Part shown: one piece after another, positions 54,970 through 64,000 of the stretch
How the letters are laid out: each line of letters begins with the position of its first letter
How positions within the stretch are numbered: position 1 is the stretch's first letter
Assembly (NCBI GenBank): GCA_963788685.1
Contig: CAWBHP010000013.1
Location: 167,012 to 231,011 of the forward strand
Length of the DNA: 64,000 bases
Source of the DNA: an uncultured Chloroflexia bacterium
Lineage (GTDB): Bacteria > Chloroflexota > Limnocylindria > Limnocylindrales > CSP1-4
Direction: 5' to 3'
Made by a program: the position numbers and the translations under genes
The notes under the pieces: model-generated
Database searches by the model: none
What the model saw: only the letters and a program-made list of their open reading frames with translations
What the model was told of the DNA's origin: nothing

Positions 54970-56104
54970 TCAGGCCGGCAGGTCGCGCTCCTCGGGGCCG
55001 ATGTAGCGGACGTCCGGGCGGATCAGGCGGTTGTCGCCGGACTGCTCGAGGACGTGGGCGGTCCAGCCGGCATGGCGGGCCAGGGAGAACGTCGCCGGGA
55101 AGAGGTCGGGCGTCAGGCCGACGCCCTGGAGGACCGGCGCCGCGTAGAACTCGACGTTCGTCTTGAGCGCCCGCTCCGGGTGCCGCTCGGCGAGGACCCG
55201 CAGCGCCGACGTCCTCGACCTGGATCGCGAGCTGGAGCCAGTCGGGCTTGTGCTCCATCCCCTCGGCGACCTTGCGCAGGGCGGCCGCTCGCGGGTCGTA
55301 CGCCCGGTAGACGCGATGGCCGAAGCCCATGAGCCGCTCGCCGCGGTCGAGCGCACCGCGCAGCCACTCCTCGGCATGCTCGACCGATCCGACCTTGGCC
55401 AGCTGGTCGACGACCTCCGACGGGGCGCCGCCGTGGAGCGGCCCCTTCATCGTCCCGATCGCCCCGGCGACCGCCGACGCGATGTCGGAGCGGGTCGAGG
55501 TGATGACCCGGGCGGTGAACGTCGAGGCGTTGAAGCCGTGCTCGGCGCCGACGATGAAGTAGGCATCGAGCGCCCGCGCCGTGCCGGGCTCCGGTCGCTC
55601 GCCCTTGAGCTGGTAGAGGAAGCCCTCGACGAGATCGAGCGACGGGTCTGGCTCGACCGGGTCCTTGCCCTCCCGCAGCCGGGCAAACGCAGCAAGGGCC
55701 GATGGCGAGAACGACGTCAGCGCTCGGGCCTGCTCGACCGTCGGCGGCCACGGCAGGTCCTGGGTCGCGCCCCACGCGGAGACGGCGGTTCGCAGCGCGT
55801 CCATCGGCTTCGTCGAGGTCGGCAGCGCCTTCAGGATCTCGAGGACCGGCCCCGGGATCGGGCCGGTCGGCAGCCGGTGGTCGGGCGCCCAGTCGCCGGT
55901 CCACAGGAGGTTCGCGACGGCCGGGTAGCTGCCGCGCTCGACGAGATCGCCGATCCGATAGCCGCGATAGATGAGCCGTCCACGTTCGCCGTCGACCTTG
56001 CTGAGGGCGGTCTCGCCGGCGAGCACGCCCTCGAGCCCGGGTGAGTAGGGCCGCTCGTCCGCGGGAGGCGCGGTCGTCGCCGCTGGCGTCTGTGTGTCGG
56101 TCAT
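54970..56104 (-). CDS. citrate synthase / 2-methylcitrate synthase family; frameshift at about 55230
   Basis: Motifs include LIYRGYRIGDL, GFGHRVYRAYDPRA, LKTNVEFYAAPVLQGVG and ARHAGWTAHVLEQ. Confidence 0.7.
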
Positions 56105-56143
56105 GCCCTGATGGTAGTCCGGGCGGATCGGACGCGTCGGCGG

Positions 56144-56395
56144 TCAGTTCTTCGGGCTCATCGCCTCGAGGATGACCCGCACGACGATCGATCCGAAGAA
56201 GGAGACCAGGACGGCCGCGATGAAGCCCTGTCCCTGGGTGAATCCCATCTGGCCGGCAAGCCAGCCGCCGACGATCGCGCCGAGGACTCCGACCACGACG
56301 TTCGGGAGGCAGCCGCGGGCGGTACGGCCGCCGACGACGGCGCCCGACAATGCGCCTCCCAGGAAGCCGATGATGATCCAGTAGAGGAGGTCCAT
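56144..56395 (-). CDS. GlsB/YeaQ/YmgE family transglycosylase-associated membrane protein
   Basis: It is 83 aa with two transmembrane segments and contains IIIGFLGGALSG. The gene is intact. Confidence 0.55.
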   Translation of the reverse strand: MDLLYWIIIGFLGGALSGAVVGGRTARGCLPNVVVGVLGAIVGGWLAGQMGFTQGQGFIAAVLVSFFGSIVVRVILEAMSPKN

Positions 56396-56399
56396 CGGC

Positions 56400-57257
56400 T
56401 CAGTCTGCCATGTCGGCCGGGCCGAGGAACGACTCCACCGCGGCCACGAACTCGGCGACGTGGGTGTGATGCGCCGCGTGCCGCGCGCCGTCGATCACCA
56501 CGACGCGCCCATCCCGAAGCCGCGCGTCGAGCGCGTCGGTGGCGTCGCGAAACGGCGCCGCGCTCTCCCCGCCGAGCAGCTGCAGGACAGGCTGAGCGAC
56601 GCCGGCCAACGCCTCGAGCGATGCCGCCGGCGACGCCTCACCCTCGAGTTCCCGAAGCGTCGTCCCGACGGCCGCCGCCCGGACCGGCCAGATCGGGTCT
56701 GCCCGGAACGCTGCGAGGTCGGAAGGCGGCATGCGGACGATTTCCCGCATGAACGTCTCGAGCGCCGCGTCCCGGTCGCCGGCGTCGACGAGCGCGGCGA
56801 TCCGCCGCTCGACGCCCGCCGGCCGATAGCCGCCGCTGGCACCGGCCTCGCCGGCACCCGGCGTCCCCGTGGGCTCGGCGCGCCCTCGTAGACGACCAGC
56901 CTGCGCGATGCTTGGCGTCAGCAACGCGGCCCCCAACGCACATCGCCCGCCGTACGAGTGGCCGACGACGTCGACGGGCGCGCCCGACTCGGCGGCCACT
57001 ACGTCGGCGACCGCGGCCAGGTCCTCGTACTCGCGCTCGATCGAGTAGCGCCGGCCCATCGCCGGAGGCGCCTCGGCCGCGCCGGTCGAGGGCATGCAGA
57101 CGGAATCGGCGCTCGAGGACCGGTCCGACGGATCGCCACGTGGTGTGATCGGCCGTCGCGCCGTGAACGAGCATGAGCGGCGGTCCCTCGCCGGAGGAGA
57201 AGACCGCGATCGGCGTGCCGTCGGGCGATACGACGCTTCGCTGATCGGCCGTCACGG
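56400..57257 (-). CDS. alpha/beta hydrolase; frameshift at about 57070
   Basis: Motifs are LMLVHGATADHTTW and VDVVGHSYGG. Confidence 0.55.
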
Positions 57258-57722
57258 CCGCCAGCGGTAGAGCACGTCCGGTTGGCCTTCCTCGTTGCCC
57301 GACCCGTCGCCGAGCATCGCGACCACGAAGCCGTGCCGCTCGTAGAACCGCCGGGCGCGGTCGTTGACCTGGAACGTGTACAGCTCGAGACCGCCCGGCC
57401 GCCGCTCTTTCGCGAGCTCCATCAGGCGGCTGCCGATCCCGTGGCGGTGCCACGGCGGGTCGACGTAGAGGTGGCCGATGCCCGGTTCGTCGAGGACCAT
57501 CATCGCGACGACCCGGCCGCCGATCTCGGCGACCCAAGTCTCCATCCGGGGCACCACCTCGTCGGCCAGCCAGCCGCGGCACTCCTCGTCCGTGTGGGCC
57601 AGCGGGAAGTCGTACGTCGACTTGAATGCCGCGAGGTAGACGTCCGCGACCGCCGAGGCATCGGCCGGGACGGCCCGGCGGATCGTCAGGCCGTCCGCGG
57701 CCGTCGCGGGCGGCTCCGTCAC
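57252..57722 (-). CDS. GNAT family N-acetyltransferase
   Basis: The motif is HLYVDPPWHRHGIGSRLMELA. Confidence 0.6.
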   Translation of the reverse strand: MTEPPATAADGLTIRRAVPADASAVADVYLAAFKSTYDFPLAHTDEECRGWLADEVVPRMETWVAEIGGRVVAMMVLDEPGIGHLYVDPPWHRHGIGSRLMELAKERRPGGLELYTFQVNDRARRFYERHGFVVAMLGDGSGNEEGQPDVLYRWRP

Positions 57723-58567
57723 CGACCGAGCGCGGAGGCTGCCGCTTCGTCGAGGATCCAGGTCGCCCCGGCGCGGCGCGCCAGCTGGGCCGGCCATCGG
57801 CGTTCGTCACGCTCCGGACCCAGGACCTCCGCGAGGATCGCGGCCTTATCGGCGCCGTGGGCAACGACGATGATCTCGCGCGCCACGTCGAGGACCCGCG
57901 GGTTGAGCGTGACCCGGGCGACGTGCGGCTCGACATGCGTCGGCGCCGGCACGCCCACGACGGTGTCGTCCTTGTCGAACGTCTCGGACCCGGGGAACAC
58001 CGACATGACGTGGCCGTCCGGACCGATGCCCAGGAGCACGAGATCGAAGGCCGGCCAGCGGCCCTCGACCGGCGGCCCCAGCTCACGGAGCATCTCCGCG
58101 TAGCGCTGCGCCGCCCAGATCGGCCCGACGCCCTCCGCAATTGCCTGCCCGGTTGGAATCGGGTGGACGTTCTCGGCCGGGATCGGCGCGCCCGCGGTCC
58201 GTCGACCGACGACGTCCGCTCCGGAGCCGCCCGTGCCGGACTGGCCGCTGAGCGCCCCGATCTCGAGCAGGTCGGCCTCCGCGATCTGGGCGTTCGACAG
58301 CGGGTGGTCGGCGGGGACGAACCGGTCGTCGCCCCACCACAGCTCGACGAACTCCCAGGGCACGCGGTCGCGCAGCGGCGGCGCGGCGAGGTTGCGGTAG
58401 ATCGCGGCCGGCGCCGAGCCGCCGGTCGTCGCCCAGTGCGCCCGCTCCCGCTCCGCGACCGCGTCGATGAGCGTCGACGCGATCATCTCGGCGGCGGTCC
58501 GGGCACACGCCTCCGGGTCGGGGCGGATCGCGATCTCGGGTTCGTTCGTGATGGGGCTGACCGTCAT
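57719..58567 (-). CDS. pgl: 6-phosphogluconolactonase
   Basis: Motifs are WATTGGSAPAAIY and DLVLLGIGPDGHVMSVFPGS. The ATG overlaps the opcA stop. Confidence 0.75.
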   Translation of the reverse strand: MTVSPITNEPEIAIRPDPEACARTAAEMIASTLIDAVAERERAHWATTGGSAPAAIYRNLAAPPLRDRVPWEFVELWWGDDRFVPADHPLSNAQIAEADLLEIGALSGQSGTGGSGADVVGRRTAGAPIPAENVHPIPTGQAIAEGVGPIWAAQRYAEMLRELGPPVEGRWPAFDLVLLGIGPDGHVMSVFPGSETFDKDDTVVGVPAPTHVEPHVARVTLNPRVLDVAREIIVVAHGADKAAILAEVLGPERDERRWPAQLARRAGATWILDEAAASALGR

Positions 58568-59772
58568 GGCAGGGGCCCGCCGGCCAGCTCGGCGGCCATC
58601 CGGGTCGCCCCGACCGCGACGGGGTCCCGACCGCCCGCCTCGATCGCCTCCTCCAGGAGGTCGACGTCGGTGCGGCGGGGAGCGTTGAAACCGCGCTCGA
58701 GGCAGTGAACGCCGTCCTGCCAGACGCGGGCATGAACCGCGTCCTGCTCGGCTGTGACGTCTGCTCGAAGCTCGGAGCCGCGGTAGTCGGCCCGGAGCTC
58801 GATCCGGAGGGTCGTCCCCGGCGGCATCTCCGAAAGGACGGGGCGGACGACGACCGCGACATCCGTCCGATCGAGCCGGAGCGTCGCCCCAAGGCCGCCA
58901 CCGAAGGTCGTCAGCGGGGCGGCTCCGCCGTGCCGGGCGGCCGCCGGGCGGACCGGGCTCGCGACCGGCGCGAGCGGTTTCTCGACGCGCATCCCGAGGC
59001 GCGACGCCAGCCACGCCGCGTGGTAGACCGGCTTGACGACGTTCGTCATCTCGACGCCGCCCTCCTCGCGCACGCCGTACGTCACGCTGATCCGCCTGAG
59101 GTGGCGGAGGTAGGGCAGGAAGTCGGGGATGTCGAAGATCGAGGCGATCGCCTCCCGCCAGCGCGACTGGCGGACCAGCGCGAAGTCGGAAATCGCGATC
59201 GGCCGGCGCTCCTGGAGCGCCGCCAGGTGGCGGATCTGGTCGAGGCCCGTCCCGTGCCACGTCGAGCCATCGACGACGAGCCGGTCGGCCATGTCGAAAA
59301 CGTCGTTGGCGGGCTCCGTCCCGAACGGCGGCTCGTCGGGCCACCAGACCGTCACCGGCAGGTCGTGGATGAGGAGCGGGGCGACGATCGCGTCGAGATG
59401 GCGGCCCGACTCGCCGCCGCACATCAGGTAGATCGTCTCGGCGCAGGTCGCCGGCGCGTTCTCCCGGGGCAGGACGCAATGGGCCTGGATCTGGGCGTCG
59501 AGCCAGGACGGACCGTCGGGATCGGCCGGTGACACGATGAGGGTCCGCGACGGATGGCGCCCCGTCAGGTGCTCGATCGTCGCCGCGCAGCGCTCGCCGA
59601 CCTCCGGCCGGCGGGCGATGACGACGAGATTCATCACGCTGGTCCGGGCGGCGACGTGGCGGTCCGCGACCTCGTCGCCGTCGGCGTCCGGGTGGAGGTT
59701 CGGCTGGGCCCAGATCTTCGCCAGCTCCTGCTCGATGCCGTCGATGCTGCTTGCTCGCGCGCGCCAGCGCAT
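58564..59772 (-). CDS. opcA: glucose-6-phosphate dehydrogenase assembly protein OpcA; start uncertain
   Basis: This is the conserved zwf-opcA-pgl order. The motif is RTSVMNLVVIA...LPVTVWWP. Confidence 0.6.
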   Translation of the reverse strand: MRWRARASSIDGIEQELAKIWAQPNLHPDADGDEVADRHVAARTSVMNLVVIARRPEVGERCAATIEHLTGRHPSRTLIVSPADPDGPSWLDAQIQAHCVLPRENAPATCAETIYLMCGGESGRHLDAIVAPLLIHDLPVTVWWPDEPPFGTEPANDVFDMADRLVVDGSTWHGTGLDQIRHLAALQERRPIAISDFALVRQSRWREAIASIFDIPDFLPYLRHLRRISVTYGVREEGGVEMTNVVKPVYHAAWLASRLGMRVEKPLAPVASPVRPAAARHGGAAPLTTFGGGLGATLRLDRTDVAVVVRPVLSEMPPGTTLRIELRADYRGSELRADVTAEQDAVHARVWQDGVHCLERGFNAPRRTDVDLLEEAIEAGGRDPVAVGATRMAAELAGGPLP

Positions 59773-59806
59773 GCCCTGGTCGCTGGGAGCGGTGGAGGTC
59801 GCCCAC

Positions 59807-61384
<1,578 letters not shown>

Positions 61385-61524
61385 CGTCCGCGGGGCATCC
61401 TTCGGCCGCGGCGCGGGATACGGATGCTCGTGCTGCCCCGGCTCCGGTGCGTCCGGCGCGGCGACGGGCTCGTCAGGCGCGGACGCCGGCGCGGCGTTTC
61501 GGCGTTGCGGTCTCGGTCATTGCC

Positions 61525-62425
61525 TTACTCGGTCTTTACCGCGTGACCACCGAACTCGTTGCGGAGCGCGGCGAGGACTTTGGCGCCGTACGAATCATCC
61601 TGGCGCGACCGGAAGCGCATCAGCAGTGACAGCGTGATGACCGGCGCGGGAACGTCGTGATCGATCGCGTCCTGGACCGTCCAGCGGCCCTCACCGGAGT
61701 CGGCGACGAAGCCCTTGATGTGCTCGAGGTCCGGGCCGTTTGCCTTGAATGCCCGCGCGGCAAGCTCGAGCAGCCATGACCGGACGACCGATCCCTGCAT
61801 CCACAGGTCGGCGATCGCTGCGAGGTCGAGTGGGTACTCGGACGCGTGCATGATCTCGAAGCCCTCGGCGTAGGCCTGCATCAGGCCGTACTCGATGCCG
61901 TTGTGGACCATCTTCACGTAGTGACCGGCACCCGGGCCGCCGACATGGAGGTAGCCGCCCTCCGGCGCGAGTGACTTGAACAGCGGCTCGAGCGGCTGGA
62001 CGGCCTCCCGATCCCCGCCGACCATCAGGCAGTAGCCGACCTGGAGGCCCCAGATGCCGCCGCTCGTGCCGGCGTCGACATAGTCGAATCCCCTTCGCCG
62101 CCAGCTCGACGTGGCGGCGCTGGTCGTCATGGAAGTTCGTGTTGCCGCCGTCGATGATCGTGTCGCCCGACTCGAGGTGCTCGAGCAGCTCGGCGATCTG
62201 GGCTTCCGTGGCGTCACCGGCGGGGACCATGATCCAGACGGCCCGCGGCGCCTTGAGCTTCGAGACGAGCTCCTCGATCGAGAACGCCGCAACGGCGCCC
62301 TCGCCCGCGATCTCCTTCGTCTTCTCCGGCGTCCGGTTGTAGGCCACGACCTCATGGCTGTCGCGGAGGAGGCGGCGGACCATGTTCGCGCCCATCCGAC
62401 CGAGTCCGACGAAACCGATCTGCAT
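61525..62425 (-). CDS. gnd: 6-phosphogluconate dehydrogenase (decarboxylating), short form; frameshift at about 62085
   Basis: Motifs are MQIGFVGLGRMGANMVRRL, GGNTNFHDD and HVGGPGAGHYVKMVHNGIEYGLMQAYAEG. Confidence 0.75.
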
Positions 62426-62467
62426 CCGTTGGGCCTCCCTGTCAGGCGTGGTCGTGGTCTGGTGCTC

Positions 62468-64000
62468 TCAGGACGAGGCGAGGGCCTCGGCGAGTGCGGC
62501 TTCGAGGGTCGCCAGGTCCGCCTCTGGATCAGTCAGGTGGACCCTGACGATCGGCAGGTCGTGCGACTCGATCGCTTCGAAGTCACCCTGGGCCTGGGCA
62601 TCGATCAGCTGGCCGAAGGTATACGGCCAACCCGGGATCGGGCGATCGGCCGGATGGTCCGACGTGAGCTGGATGAACCAGCCGATCGGGGCGCCGCCCT
62701 TGTGGAGCTGGCCGGTCGAGTGGAGGAAGCGCGGACCGTAGCCCGCGGTCGTGGCGCAGCCGGTCGCCTCGCGGAGGAGGACGCGGATCCGGGCGATCGC
62801 CTCGTCGCGGGCGGCCGTCGGGGCGATGAAGGCCTGGATCGAGAGATAGGCGTTCGGGCGGCGGCGGGCGAGGTGACGTCGCAGCTCTCCGGCGAGCGTC
62901 GGGTCGCCGCTCTCGCTCAGCCGGAGCGGCGCGTCGCCGAACAGGGCCAGCCCGCCGGACGTCGCAAGCGGCGTCGCCGCGGCGGCGTCCGTCGCTCGGC
63001 GGTCGCGTCCGTCGGCGTGACGCTCGAGCAGCGCGCGCGTCCGCTCCTTGGCCTCTTCGACGTTGGGCTGGTCGAACGGATCGATGCCCAGCACCGCGCC
63101 CGCGATCGCCGTGGCGACCTCCCAGCGGATGAACTCGGCGCCGATGTCGATCGGGTCCGCGAGGCGGATCCTGATGACGGGGTGTCCGGCCCCCTCGAGC
63201 GCATCGGCCAGTGCGTCCGCTTCGGTCGACCTGCTGGCCCGAGGAGCCGGCGACTGATCAGCCGGACGATGACCCGGTCGGGGCCGTAGAGGGTCGGCGA
63301 GCCGAGTCGGCTCCCGGTCGACGGGCACGATTCCCAGGCCGCGCTTGCCCGTGCTCTCGGCGATGAGCTGCTCGGCCCACGCGCCGAAGGTCGCGATGTC
63401 CGGGATCCGGCAGGAACGTGAGCTTGTCGCGGCCCGCCTTGGCGAGGGCGCCGAGGGCCAGCCCGAGACTCAGCCCTGGGTTCGCCGTCGGCTCCGGCTC
63501 CTGGCAGGCGGCGAGCATCGCGGCGGCCGACGCGAGGAGCGAGTCGAGGTCGAGCCCGATGAGGGACGCCGGAACGAGCCCGACGTAGGTGAGCGCGGCG
63601 TAGCGCCCGCCGATGTCCGGCGGATTGAGGAACGTCTCGCGCAGGTCGTCGTGATGGGGGATCGCCTCGACGCTCTTGCCCGGGTCGGTGATGGCGATCA
63701 TCAGCTCGCCGGCGTGCTCGTTGCGCGGGGCGTGGCGGCTTCGGAGGGCCTTCTCGGTGCGGTCCCAGGCATCGGCCTGGAAGGCGAGTGGCTCCGTGGT
63801 CGTGCCGGACTTGCTGGCAACGATGAAGAGCGTCGCGAGCGGGTCGAGGTCGTCGACGATTGCCGCGACCGCGGCCGGATCGGTCGAGTCGAGGACCCTC
63901 AGGTCCAGCCAGCCCTCGCCGCTGCCGAATGTCTGGACGAGGACCTCCGGGGCGAGGCTGCTGCCGCCCATACCGGCGACGATCGCCGTCGTGAACCCCG
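62468..64000 (-). CDS. pgi: glucose-6-phosphate isomerase; 5' end lies beyond the window; frameshift at about 63300
   Basis: Motifs are GMGGSSLAPEV, FIVASKSGTTTEP and PNAYLSIQAFI. Confidence 0.65.

Overview
This is a very high-GC window (roughly 70% or more by eye), actinobacterial in style, with dense genes on both strands and no CRISPR, transposase or integrase. Contents from left to right are as follows. (1) A selenocysteine-dependent NAD-type formate dehydrogenase locus: the accessory gene fdhD, NuoE-like and NuoF-like subunits, and an alpha subunit with an in-frame UGA (12607..12609, minus strand) and a SECIS-like hairpin. The alpha gene is split into two fragments lying in the wrong order. 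(2) A photoreceptor pair: a heliorhodopsin followed 57 bp downstream, on the same strand, by a CarH/LitR-type B12-dependent MerR photoreceptor with the Wx9EH motif. A perfect 15-bp inverted repeat sits in the AT-rich divergent promoter. (3) Next to it, an SDR, a Bet v1-like (SRPBCC) protein, a FAD desaturase, a DUF1365 protein and a cyclopropane-fatty-acid-synthase-like methylase. Together these resemble the UfaD/UfaO/UfaM furan fatty acid pathway. (4) A complete selenocysteine insertion set: selD, tRNA-Sec (selC), selA, selB and mobA. (5) The DNA repair nuclease genes sbcD and sbcC. (6) Two tandem ABC-2 transporter pairs beside a histidine kinase with a PDZ-like domain and a NarL-type response regulator. 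(7) corA, preceded by an array of roughly 75-bp tandem repeats. (8) A pentose phosphate operon (pgi-gnd-zwf-opcA-pgl) and a citrate synthase gene. About half the genes carry one or more apparent single-base frameshifts, and clusters such as ufa and sel carry several each. By contrast lysA, sbcCD, zwf, the heliorhodopsin gene and the carH-like gene are intact. The frameshift coordinates given are approximate and were found by translating the sequence by eye.
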